Part shown: positions 50,350 through 64,000 of the stretch, one piece after another | How positions within the stretch are numbered: the first letter of the stretch is position 1 | How the letters are laid out: every line of letters starts with the position of its first letter | Source: Eledone cirrhosa | Taxonomy: Eukaryota | Length of the DNA: 64,000 bases | Assembly (NCBI GenBank): GCA_964016885.1 | Contig: OZ024741.1 | Span: 335,420,001 to 335,484,000, forward strand | Direction: 5' to 3' | Program-made: the position numbers and the translations under genes | The notes under the pieces: model-generated | Databases searched by the model: none | Seen by the model: the letters and a program-made list of their open reading frames with translations, nothing else | What the model was told of the DNA's origin: nothing

Positions 50350-50640
50350 AAGATGCATGACTTAATGGTAAAATTACTTGCTGTATGATCATAATGTTGT
50401 CAGTTCGATTTCTGGACAGTCTGCTGTGTTGTGTTCCTGAGCAAAAAACTTTATTTTACATTGTTCCAGTACACTCAACTGAGATGAGTGAGTACCAGAA
50501 GTAGCTGGCGAGTTAAACCTGTGATAGACAGGCGTCCTGTCAATGGAGAGTCTTATACTCTCAGTCACTTGATGCCAAGGAAACTAAAGATAATCACCGG
50601 CCTGATGAACACTTGGACTTAGAACAGACATTAACTTAAC
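50350..50640 (+). mobile_element. SINE family 2 with GGAAAC..CCGGCCTGATG..TTAACTTAAC tail
   Basis: tRNA-like head, CCTGAGCAA core; tail also present at 17215-17395. Confidence 0.7.
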
Positions 50641-50759
50641 ATGACTACTATATTTATTAAGATCATGGAATTATCTTTCTAAATACAATGGTGTTCAATC
50701 CCATGTAAACAAGAAGAAATTTGAAATTTATATTGATTTTCTTTTCTTTTTTTTTACAG

Positions 50760-51034
50760 ATGATAGATGCAGTAAAATGGAAAAGCTGCAGTCCACACCA
50801 AGGAAATCCTCCTCCCCCAAAACAACCACCATACCTAAGAATACGTACAACAGCACTAGATGTTCCTATCAAACAAATCCTGATAAAAAAATTTGTGATA
50901 ACGAAGTAATTGCCCCAAAGCCTACTCCATTGGTCAGTAGCAATAGCAACATACCTCAACTACCATGGAATCTACCAATGAAAAACAGTTTCACTACATA
51001 TTCTAAACCATTACCAAAACTACCAGACTCCTAA
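50760..51034 (+). CDS. Probable terminal coding exon of the same host gene
   Basis: Strong acceptor (T)nACAG at 50759; phase-1 join with exon 45811-45961 gives an open frame D-D-R-C-S-K-MEKLQ...YSKPLPKLPDS-stop. Confidence 0.6.
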
Positions 51035-51154
51035 GTATTTTCATACAGATAATAGTTTTTTTTGCTATAAATATTAAAACTGAAACAAAGATATTGTTAA
51101 GAATATGAATTGCATTCACAATTTATTTTTAAAATACTACACCTTATACATATG

Positions 51155-51185
<31 letters not shown>

Positions 51186-51358
51186 ATATATGTAGATTCC
51201 TGAGTTGTGTCAGGGGGTAACCAGTGTAAAAAAAGGTACACGTTACATTCATAGAGTAAAGGTATTTTTATTATATATATAGAAATGATTTCTACTGGAC
51301 TAGAACTGTCTCATTCATATGAAATCATCAGGAATGTCCCATAGAAGTCATTTGTCTC

Positions 51359-51392
<34 letters not shown>

Positions 51393-52857
51393 CCTCTCTC
51401 ACTCTCCCTATATATATATATATATACATTTACAAAGAAGTAAAAATACAAACTGGGAAAATAGTTCTAAGTGTATCATGGCATATTTATGGATCGTTTG
51501 TGTAAAAATGAGACTGATAAAGAAAATCAATACAAATACAACAAAAACAATATCAGTAGTGGGGGGAGAGGCAGTGAAAATAATAGGTTTTCATGATATA
51601 TTATCTCATACACTATTTAATAATGACAAATAGGTGATAGATGGTTTATACTAATTGGTTGAGATATAGAGCTAAATTATAAACATCACGAAAAGTCACC
51701 AAAGATTGCTAACTTCTCTGGGAATCAGATTCACAGAAAACAATAAAAAAAGGTTTTAAATAAAAAAAAAATTTTTGAATAATAAAATTATCATCGATAA
51801 AAATATGTTTTATACAAAATCTTATCCCCCAAAACCTTCAATTTAATATCTTAAACATCTTAAAACTGCTACATTAACATTGTATAAAGACATAGCTATA
51901 ATTTTATTGTTACTAAATTCAATGTACAGTTTGTGCAATTCTTGTAAATTTCCTTTTATAATGTTTGTGTTTAAACAGAGACCCTCTCCCTGTGATGCTG
52001 CTCTATATGTGTATTTATATATTTTATTAAAGGTTTTTATTGGATATCACAGACTTCTAAGCAATATTATTACTGATTAACAATGAGTAAGTGAGTAAGA
52101 GACTTTGTTTGACTGCTAAACACTGTTTTCCAGGGTTTCTGATATTATTCAAACAAGGCTAATTTATCAATGTCTTGTCTATGTAAATTCATTTGTTCCT
52201 AATTTTCTTTCCCTGATTTATTACTCTTATTTGCTCCGGTATTATGAAGATTTTGTTTGAATATTCTTTGCAATTGTTATGTGAGAGAAGGTAAGTATTG
52301 AATTAAGACAAACAACTATTTGCAGTCTGTGTAGTAAGAGTAATATTGATTTTGGAAAGGGGTAATAATGTGTGCAATGAACACTTCTAGTGAAAGATAA
52401 TTGCTTTTATAGCATTTTGCTTGGATTGCCGATAGACAGTTTCATTACTGGAATGAACAGTCCACTTGATGAACAGTTTTCTAGACCAATAATTGATAGA
52501 TGCTCGAATTTTCAATAATTTTCTATATTCTCTTGGTCTTCCACAGCCATTCAGAGAAAGCAGTATTAATTGAATGTGATCAATTTGGTGTTTTATATAT
52601 CATGTGAACATTTCTAACAATCCATTTTCTCTTGTCTTGTAAAACTTAGTTTGCACTTGCAATTTAACCAGTGGCAAGGTGTCATCGCTATTTTTTTTTG
52701 GGGGGGGGGGGGGGGGTCATTACAGGTGTATGCTATAGGTATTTTTAACTTCAGTGGAAGTGAATTGTAAATAAGCTGTTATATAAAAACTGGAGATAAC
52801 TAAATATTAAAAGAAATAATAATAATAGTAGTAATAATTTTAGAACTAATGCAAATA

Positions 52858-53131
52858 TATATAATTATTTGTTCATATAGTTTTACATATAAAAAGATAT
52901 ATATATATATACAATTATTTGTTCATATAGTTTTACATACAAACAGATATATACACCAGATTATATATAATTATTTGTTTATATAGTTTTACACATAAAC
53001 AGATAAATATAAACCAGAATATGTATAATTATTTGTTCATATAGTTTTATATATAAACGAGATATACTCACACAAAATTATATATAATTATTTGTTCATA
53101 TAGTTTTACACATATATATATAACTCGGTGT

Positions 53132-53162
<31 letters not shown>

Positions 53163-53171
53163 ACTCGGTGT

Positions 53172-53219
<48 letters not shown>

Positions 53220-53237
53220 GTGCATGCACACACACAT

Positions 53238-53270
<33 letters not shown>

Positions 53271-53460
53271 GATGTGTGTATATATATATACACCAAGTTA
53301 TATACAATTATTTGATTATTTAGTTTTATTTATCAACATATATACATATACAATTATTTGTCCATATAATTTTATTTATAAACACACATATATATATACA
53401 TATATAAACCAGAATGTATACAATCATTTGTCCATACAGTTTTATATATAAACAGATATA
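52858..53460. repeat. AT-rich minisatellite (~50-60 bp unit)
   Basis: ATAATTATTTGTTCATATAGTTTTAC recurs about 7 times. Confidence 0.85.
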
Positions 53461-54691
53461 TGTCTGCATTGCTTACAGCCAAATATAACATCTCTGTCTC
53501 CTGTCTCTTTCTTTATATTGTTTTGATTGGTTATAAGGAATTTCACCTAGAAAGAATATCTTGTTTTTTGTTGTGAGTTGTTAGTATTGCATTTTATTAC
53601 TGTCTCCAACATTACTACTTGCTTCTCACTGTTATTTTCTAACTGATCTCAGGGTACAGATATGTGTCGTTTGAGTTTAACATCATAGTAGAATTGCTTC
53701 ATATTGTTTTCCTATTTCTAAAATTAACTAGATTTTCATTTAGATTCCACCCATGAAACAGAAACCATTAACTGGAATTTAAAATATTAATATAGAAACC
53801 TTACTTTCTATTTATTGAAGGTGCTTGGATTAAGGGTTAAGGTATTTGGCTTGTGATTGGAAGATCATGGATAGATCCCAGCAGTACATTGTATCTTTGA
53901 GCAATACATTTTATTCCACATTGTATACAGTCCACACAGCTGGTAAAAATGAATTTTACCTGTATTTCAAAGGAACAACCATATCACATGCTATATCATG
54001 CTGAATCTCACTGAGAATTGCAATAAGAGTACATATGTTTGTAGAATGGTCAGCCACTTGCACATTAATTTCATGAGCAAGTTCTTCCATTGTTCCAACA
54101 ACTAGTACACTTGCTGTCAAAATCATCAGAGCTCCAACACCAACACTTTCTAATGATAGATTTATATAAATTTGAAGTTCTAAATTGCCAACATCCACAC
54201 ATCATATTTAAAACTAACATTCTATATCCATTTCAGCTATATCACTAATGTGTAGACATTATATTGTCTCAATAAACACACACACACACTGTTACACATA
54301 TGTGTACAGACATTATATTTACCAGAATAAACATACACATACACATATACTCATATACACACACATACATACAGAAGTTTACCTTCGTATATGCTGACAC
54401 TGTATCCCTATTTATACCTCAATAAATACACACACATAATGTTACCCATATGTATACAGACACTATATTTACCTGAATAAACATACACATACACATATAC
54501 TCACATACTCACACACATACATACACATACTGTTACCTACATATGTTTGCAGACACTATGTATACTTCAATAATCACACATACACACACACATACAATGT
54601 TAGTTATATATGTGTGTGTGTACTTCAATGAATACACACATATATCAATAAACACACACATATATAAACACACATGCACACAAACATACAT

Positions 54692-55039
54692 ATATAATTG
54701 TTTCTACTTTTGGCACAAGGCCAGCAATTATCCCAGAGTATTACTGGTACTTTATTTTATCAACATACATATATAATTGTTTCAACATTTGGCACAAGGC
54801 CAGCAATTATCCAGTGTATTACTGGTACTTTATTTTATCGACATACATATATAATTGTTTCTACTTTTGGCACAAGGCCAGCAATTATCCCAGTGTATTA
54901 CTGGTACTTTATTTTATCGACCCTCTAAGGATGAAAGGCAAAGTTGACCTCGGCGGGATTTGAACTCAGATCATAAAGGGAGGTAACTCTATGCTGCAAA
55001 GCATGGTGTCTGACCCTCTACCGATACTGCCAATCCACC
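54692..55039 (-). mobile_element. SINE family 1 with its 3' end triplicated
   Basis: ~78-bp unit ATAATTGTTTCTACTTTTGGCACAAGGCC...TTTTATC(A/G)ACATACAT present three times. Confidence 0.88.
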
Positions 55040-55720
55040 ATAATGTTACCTATATATGCGTGTGCAGGCACTATATACATCTCAATAAACATATACACAC
55101 ACACACTAACACCCACATAAACACACACACATGCATATACATATACCATGGTACCTACATATGTCTATGTGTGTGTACAGGCACTATGTATGCCTCAATA
55201 AACACATACACACACACATACACTCACATATACTATGTAACCTACATATGTCTATATGTGTGTACAGATAATATATGCCTCAATAAATACATACACCATA
55301 CACACACATATATACACTGTTACCTACATATGTGAGTGGAGGAACTATATATGCCTCAATAAACACACACACACATACTAGATATGTCTATATGTGAGTG
55401 GAGGAACTATATATGCCTCAATAAACATACACACACACACACACATACACACATACACACACATACTACATGTCTATATGTGAGTGGAGGAACTATATAT
55501 GCCTCAATAAATACACACACACACATATACACATACACACACACATATACAAACACATACTAGATATGTCTATATGTGAGTGGAGGAAGTTTATATGCCC
55601 CAATAAATACACACACATGCACATACATATACATATGCACATACACACACATATGCACACATACACACACACATACTACAATGTTACCTACATATGTCTA
55701 TATGTGAGTGCAGGCATTAT
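55040..55720. repeat. Compound minisatellite with (CA)n spacers
   Basis: ATGTCTATATGTGAGTGGAGGAACTATATATGCCTCAATAAA recurs; related units at 54260-54600. Confidence 0.85.
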
Positions 55721-58694
55721 GATGCATGCAAATTAATTATTGAGTTTGTTTCAGGGAAACTAAGCTAACAATTTTCTGTGAATATCTGGGACTATTTTCA
55801 CAAGATCCATTAGAATATGTTGTGATAGCTCAATCAATGTTTACTTTAACTAGTCTACTGTAAGCTGGGGCAACTCAGCACGATATCTATAATAAGATAG
55901 AGATAAGTAATTAGGAAGCTATTGTGCAGTTATTCAGAGTACATGTTGTATTGCAAAGTTAAGCCTATTGCATGAAATACAACAATGTTATATATATGAA
56001 GCAATATCATGATTTACCTATTGTTCATTTTTTTCTTCTTTTCGTTCTATCTGTTAACTCATTGTGATATTTTTCAATTACCTTTTCTCTTATATCTCTT
56101 TGATTCTTTAATTGAGCTTCAGCATCTGTTTTAGTGCAGATGTTTACACGTTACTTGTAAATATTGAAGTGGGTTTTGTGGTGAGTTATGTTTTGTTTTG
56201 TTTTATTATTATTATTTTTTTTTGTGTGTGTTATACATCGACAGTAGTATTGTTGTGCTGCAAATGAAAATAGGGAGGGGACCCCCCCAAAAAAAACAAC
56301 AACAACAGAACAAGGAAAAATGACTCAAAATGTTCCTGTTTATTCGTCATTTATTTCAAAGTAGTCAAGGACATATTCAAAAGCATTAGATAAGTGTTCC
56401 AAGTTAATAACAAATATTCTATTTGTTTCATATAATGATATATCAGAAAATAGATATATAACTTTAAAAAATATTTAATTATATTTGAATCTTTTAACAA
56501 ATCTCACAATATTTTTATTTATTATTCCATTGGAAATTTTGCTATGCTGGAGTGTAATAGAAAATTTAGAAAAATAAAATATCTAAATTTGAAACAAAAA
56601 CTATAAATAAATAAACTGACAGAGAAATTTTGATGGCATTTATTTAATAGAAGAATTATATTTGTCTTTAATTTTTAACTTTGTATAAAATTGGTTACAT
56701 GTTTTATCCAATTTACATATTAATTTGATGTTTAGTTAATATTCAACAAATGAAAAAAATAAAATTAATTCTAAATTTAATAATATAAAAACGAAATGTA
56801 ATATAATATAATATAATATAATATAATAGTGTATAGTATAATATAATATATATTTAAATAATTCTGAAAAATTATTGTTGACACAAAGAAAACCAAAAAC
56901 AATACTCTCCATCACCACTATCAAAAATTAGCAAAAAAATAATACAAAAAAGTAAAATATAGAGATAAAGTTGGGAGAAGGGGGGGGGGGGGGGAATCAA
57001 TATTTTTCTCTCAATATTGAACATTGATTAAAATCATGACACAATATCCTATATTTTCTGGACTTCGAAAACCATCAAATCTCTTCGAGGCAATGTATAG
57101 AACTTTTTCTTTATAAGTGAAGTGCCTCTTTCAAAACTGTTAACCATTTATTCCATCTTGCTTAGTAATGTTGTTGTTTTTTTGTGTGTGTTTTTTTTGT
57201 TTTTTTAGAAAGGAGCAGATGGTTGGGTGGGGAGTCAAAAATATGCTTTTTGTGTTAATTTTATTTGAAATTTAAATTAAATTCGAAATAAATAAAAATA
57301 GAAATGTTATCCAACAACATCACAAGAAAAAAAAGAACAAAAGATTAATTCAGAAGCTTGTAAGATAATAAAATATCATCATCATCATCATCCTCATCAT
57401 CATTTTCAATATCATCATTGTCATCGCCATTATCGTCATTGTCAGCATCATTTTCATCATCATCAATTAATATTAGTCCTCACTGCTTGTGTGGGTTTGA
57501 TGGGTCACTAAAGACTAAGTCAATAATTAATTGGAGTCAATGATCCTTCTGATTGGTTGAGGTCCATATTTTGTTTACATACATTCCTGCAATCTACAGA
57601 TTGTTACTGGGTTAATTTTATTGTGGCACTAGGACTATGGAGGTCATTATGTCTTTAACATAGCTAAAAATTGCTCTCTAACCTTTGTTTGGTAATTTCT
57701 CTATAACTGGATGCTCTTCCTATTACCAACCACCTACAAAGTGTACTGAGAGTGCTCTGTCATGGCACCATGAAAAAGGGAGGTAGTACATCATTGGCTT
57801 CACCATAGAGAATACTTATCCCACCTCCTTCCAGCCCCCCTCAGATCCTCGGGAGACAAGGCCTAGTTCTCACTGCCATGTAGCATCACTTATCGCAAAG
57901 AGGCATCATGCAGCCTACCACACATTCTGAGAGAGAAGCCTATTATTGCCAACTTCCTAAACCTTCTCCAGCGATTTCTTACTCCCAGACCTGCACCAAT
58001 GCCACCAAGGATACACTCAGGCTACAAAAGCTATCAACAACCTCTAGGGAGCCTTTTGAGTAACCGAGAGAATTTATTTCATGTGTGCTCCTAGTGCATA
58101 TATCCCCTATCCATCTGACATACACAAACCTACAATCCTACTGGTCTCTCTCTCTATATATATATATATATATTATATATATATATGTATACACATACAT
58201 ATCTAAAATATACACTCACATATAGATATACATATTTCTTTCTCTTTCTTTCTCTGTGTGTGTATATATATATGTATGTGTGTGTGTGTATGTACATATA
58301 GTCATATAGGACAGACATAAGATAATAGATATACATACTTATAAGCATATGTTTAGACTAAAATATAGAAGTTTTAAGTGAGACATTGTTTTTCAAAGTC
58401 TGGGCTATTTGGCCAAAAGGTTTCTTTCAGAACCCACTTGTCAGCTGAGCAGCCTGTCTGTTTGTCTGTCATCGATAATATTTGGCATTACATACATTGT
58501 AGGGCTGAAGAACTAGTCCATGAGGGCTAACTTACCAACATTTGACCCTTTCATTACAATATTTCTAATGAAAGACACTGTCTATTATATTCAAATCATT
58601 TTGAATAATATTCAAGAATTTGTAAGGATTCAATAATATAATTAACTTACTCATTATTTATCTGGTGTTTGGAAAATAACTTAATGAAGGTTCT

Positions 58695-61060
58695 GACAAC
58701 ACCAGCAACACCAACACCATCAATAACAACCCCACCACGAACAACAACACCACCATAACCAACATTAACACCAACATTCCCAACCCCACCACAACATAGC
58801 ATCTGCTCCACCACCAACAACAACAATCCCCAATAGCCACTGCCATTATGAACAACACCACCAACCCCACCACAACAAAACAGCTCCCCAACCAACAACA
58901 CCATCACCTGCAAAACACCTCCCCACCGACACCACCACCACCTACAACATTAGCACCAACAAAACACCTCTCTCAACAACACCACAACAGCCGCTACCAC
59001 CACCAACACTACCCCCAACACCACCACCTGCAAAACTCCTCCCCACCAACACCCCCCACCAGCAAAACACCTCCCCGCCAACACCACAACAACAACCACC
59101 ACCACCAACAACAACAACACTACCACCAACACCCCCACCAGCAAAACACCTCCCCGCCAACACCATCATCAACATTACCACCAACACCCCTACGGCCACC
59201 ACCAACAACAACACAACAACCGCCACCAACAACAACACTACCACCACCAACACCACCAACAACACTACCACCAACACCACTACCACCAACACCACCACCA
59301 CAACAACCACCAGCACCACCAACACTACCACCACTACGATCACAACAACCACCACCACCAGCACCACTACCACCACTACCACCACCACCACCACAACAAC
59401 CACCAGAACCACCACCACTACCACCACTACAACCACAACAACCACCAGCACCAGCAACACTACCACCACCACCACCACAACAACCACCAGCACCACCAAC
59501 ACTACCACCACTACGATCACAACAACCACCACCACCACCACCACTACCACCACCACTACCACCACCACCAGAACCACCACCACTACCACCACTACGACCA
59601 CAACAATCACCAGCACCAACAACACTACCACCACCACAACAACTACCAGCACCACCAACACTACCACCACTACGATCACAACAACCACCACCACTACCAC
59701 CACCACCACCACCACTACCACCACCACCACCACCACTACCATCACCACCACCACAACAACCACCAGAACCACCACCACTACCACCACTACGATCACAACA
59801 ACCACCACCACTACCACCACCACCACCACTACCACCACCACCACCACAACAACCACCAGAACCACCACCACTACCACCACTACGATCACAACAACCACCA
59901 CCACTACCACCACCACCACCACAACAACCACCAGCACCACCAACACTACCACCACTACGATCACAACAACCACCACCACCACCACCACTAGCACCACCAC
60001 TACCACCACCACCAGAACCACCACAACTACCACCACTACGACCACAACAATCACCAGCACCAACAACACTACCACCACCACAACAACTACCAGCACCACC
60101 AACACTACCACCACTACGATCACAACAACCACCACCACTACCACCACCACCACCACCACTACCACCACCACCACCACCACTACCATCACCACCACCACAA
60201 CAACCACCAGAACCACCACCACTACCACCACTACGATCACAACAACCACCACCACTACCACCACCACCACCACTACCACCACCACCACCACAACAACCAC
60301 CAGAACCACCACCACTACCACCACTACGATCACAACAACCACCACCACTACCACCACCACCACCACAACAACCACCAGAACCACCAACACTACCACCACT
60401 ACGATCACAACAACCACCACCACAACAACCACCAGAACCACCAACACTACCACCACTACGATCACAACAACCACCACCACTACCACCACCACCACCACCA
60501 CCACCACAACAACCACCAGAACCACCAACACTACCACCACTATGACCACAACAACCACCACCACCACTACCACCACCACCACCACCACAACAACAACCAC
60601 CAGAACCACCACCACTACCACCACTACGACCACAACAATCACCAGCACCAACAACACTACCACCACCACAACAACCACCAGCACCACCAACACTACCACC
60701 ACCACTACCAACACTACCACCACTACCACCAACACCACCACCACCACCACAACAACCACCACTACCACCAACACTACCACCAACACCACCAACACCACCA
60801 CCACTACCACCAGCACCACCAACACTACCACCAGCACCACCAACACTACCACCAACACCACCACCACCACTACCACCAACATCCTCACTAACAAAACACC
60901 TCTCCCTCCACACATCACCAATAACAAGACCACCACTGCCAGCGCCAGCACCATCACTGCTTCCACCATCGTCATCGCAGCAATACTGCTGGCACACAGT
61001 GGAAAGCAGCAGCAGCAGCAGCAACAGCACCAGCACCAGCAGCAACAACAGCAGCAGTAG
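58695..61060. repeat. (CAC/CCA/CAA)n-based complex repeat with a 444-bp higher-order duplication
   Basis: CAATCACCAGCACCAACAACAC recurs at 59604 and 60048; CTACGATCACAACAACC subunit recurs many times. Confidence 0.95.
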
Positions 61061-61189
61061 TAATAAGTACTGAACACAAATCTACAACAGGATAGACACT
61101 TCCTATATTACCACTGATGAGGATATACAACTACAAGTGAGTTATACCTGATTCGTTTCTAACTTTACTTGCTTTTATTTACTTGTGCA

Positions 61190-61220
<31 letters not shown>

Positions 61221-61286
61221 CGTTATTCCGGGTTGAATCGGAGGTAACCACAGTAAGTAAGGTACTCAATACATAGCAGAGTATAA

Positions 61287-61412
61287 AAGTTTTAATATAG
61301 ATGAGATTCTACAGGACTAGAACTGTTTCATTCATTAGAAATCATCAGTATTCCTGATGATTTCTAATGAATGAAAAAGTTCTAGTCCTGTAGAATCTCA
61401 TCTATATTAAAA

Positions 61413-61415
<3 letters not shown>
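61287..61415. repeat. 62-bp inverted repeat (1 mismatch, 5-nt spacer) carrying hammerhead core motifs
   Basis: Arms 61287-61348 and 61354-61415; each reads CTGATGA-TTTCTAATGAAT-GAAA outward from the centre. Confidence 0.9.
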
Positions 61416-61448
<33 letters not shown>

Positions 61449-61571
61449 CACATGTGTGTGTGTATGTATATATATATATATATATATATTGATATATATA
61501 TATATATATACACACATGATATCATGTGTCTGTGTGCATGTGTGCACATGCATGAGACTGTGTGTTTGTAT

Positions 61572-61621
<50 letters not shown>

Positions 61622-61742
61622 TAATAATCATCATCTATATTCATTGTTGTTGTGTTGTTGATGATGATGCTATATATATATATATATACATATATAATAA
61701 TCATCATCTATATTCATTGTTGTTGTGTTGTTGATGATGATG

Positions 61743-61781
<39 letters not shown>

Positions 61782-61874
61782 GATGTTTCTCTGAGTGACT
61801 GTCTTTGTATGTATATATAAACATATAAATGTATATAAATACACACATACATACATCCATATATATATATATAC

Positions 61875-61923
<49 letters not shown>

Positions 61924-62787
61924 AAGGAATCAAATTGGTAGTTATGTATTATATATGCTATTAATCCTGTGTTAATAAATTGTGAAGCAAATCAAGAGAA
62001 ATTTCAAAAGAAATAACCCTATGTTATTATTTAGTTATTTAGAAAACAAACTATTTAAAAATATTGAATGGAATAATAATGATGGTGATAATAGTGGTGG
62101 TGGGGTGGAGTGATGACGATGGTGGTGGTTGTGTCAATAGTGTTGGTGGAGGTGATGTTGATGATGATGATGATTGTGGTGATGATGATGTTAATGATGA
62201 TGTCGATGATAATAATGATAATGATGAGGTTGATTGGTGGTGGTGGTAGTGGTATTGGTAGTGATGATGATGATGATGATGTTGGTGGTGGTGGTGTTGG
62301 TGGTGGTGGTGGTCATGATGGTGATGAAGTTAATAATGATGATGGTGGTGGTGGTGATAATTGTTTCTAAATTTTGGGCATGAGTCCAGTAACTTGGCAG
62401 GGGGGGGGGGGTTGCTTAAATCAACCAGCAGTGTATTACTGGTACTATATTTTATCAATGTTAGAAGGATGAAAGACAAAGTTGACCTCAGATAATAATA
62501 ACAACAACAACAATAATAACAATAATGACAATAATAATTAGTGATAAGAACTCATCTCAAGAATTTTAAATAAGTTTTCATAAGTTCATTGATTTTATTT
62601 TTTTTTTGTTTGTTTATTTTATTTTATTTTAATGTAAAAAAGGAAAAGTTTTGAAATAGTTTTCAATTCACTTCTCATAAGAACTTTTGTCTTGGTTTCA
62701 AAGTGATTGATTTTTTAATATATATCTGAATAATGTGTTACATTATTGATTAATGGACTGATTTATTATTAGATTTGGTTAAGGGCA

Positions 62788-62995
62788 GGGGATTGGATGA
62801 ATCTGTAGAGCATCAGACAGAATGCTTGGTGATATTAGCATAAAACTTTCTATGTTCTGAGTTCAAATCCTGTTAAGGTTGATTTTGCATTTCATTCTTC
62901 CAGGTTCGATAAACTAATGTACCAGTTAACTACTGGGGTTGGTTGATATAATTAATCACATGTCCCTTCCCCTCAAATCGTGCCAATGTTAGAAA
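62788..62995 (+). mobile_element. SINE family 1, diverged copy
   Basis: B-box GAGTTCAAATCC and degenerate core; minus-strand partial copy at 62360-62490. Confidence 0.7.
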
Positions 62996-63235
62996 GAAAA
63001 AAAAAATATATATATATACATATATATATTACACACAAACACAACTCAAAAAGATGTTTATAAAAAAGTAAAGAAAAAGCAAGCTCACTAAACAACACCT
63101 TTTTGTACATGTTATAAAGTCCCCTCTTATTTATATATACACAAAGTGCATTTTCTTTTATTATCCTTTTCATTATATAACATGATTTGTATAGAATGTT
63201 TTGTAATGTCCACACTTTTTTTCACTACAGATATA

Positions 63236-63308
<73 letters not shown>

Positions 63309-63500
63309 TGTGTGTGTGACTTTTGAAGTGGTTATGCCAGTGGTTTAATAGAAATGCCCTGAACACATATGAAATGTGGTTGGCTTTAGGAAGGACATCC
63401 AGGAAAATTGGAACATATGAGCAAGGCATCATCATCGTCACTTCCCACAAGGCATTGTCACCTGTTCTCAGGCTGTCAGGTCACCCTCTCTCTCTCTCTG

Positions 63501-63954
<454 letters not shown>

Positions 63955-64000
63955 TATATATATATATATATATATATGTCGACATGCATATACATGCAAA

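Noticed and set aside
55320-55720. CRISPR-like repeat-spacer pattern
   Set aside because: Spacers are (CA)n tracts, repeats are degenerate, the context is eukaryotic and there are no cas genes.
58848-60545. 565-aa proline-rich ORF, with 711-aa poly-Val and 642-aa Gly-rich antisense ORFs
   Set aside because: CAC/CCA-type triplet repeats rarely generate stops, so several frames on both strands are open; no signal peptide or splice evidence.

Overview
Repeat-dominated, AT-rich eukaryotic DNA with many (TA)n, (CA)n and (CAT)n microsatellites, tRNA-derived SINEs and LINEs. The repeat landscape resembles an octopus/cephalopod genome, but that is inference only. There are no prokaryotic features. 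The main structure is a ~10.8 kb array (25397-36190) of four same-orientation Tx1-like (L1-group) non-LTR retrotransposons, each bounded on both sides by (GATA)n. One is full length but frameshifted, two are ~377-bp 3' stubs, and one has an intact ~1145-aa APE-RT-CCHC ORF2. This points to a (GATA)n-microsatellite-targeting retrotransposon group. Also present: a near-intact RTE LINE with a PHD-type finger inside its RT, several decayed RTEs, a pogo-like DNA transposon with TIRs and TA duplication, mariner-type and TTAA-flanked MITEs, two SINE families, a 2.8-kb ATGGT-based satellite, several minimal hammerhead-ribozyme-like motifs (Penelope-type) and palindromes, and two probable 3' exons of an unidentified + strand host gene. 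Most listed short ORFs are simple-repeat or antisense artefacts.
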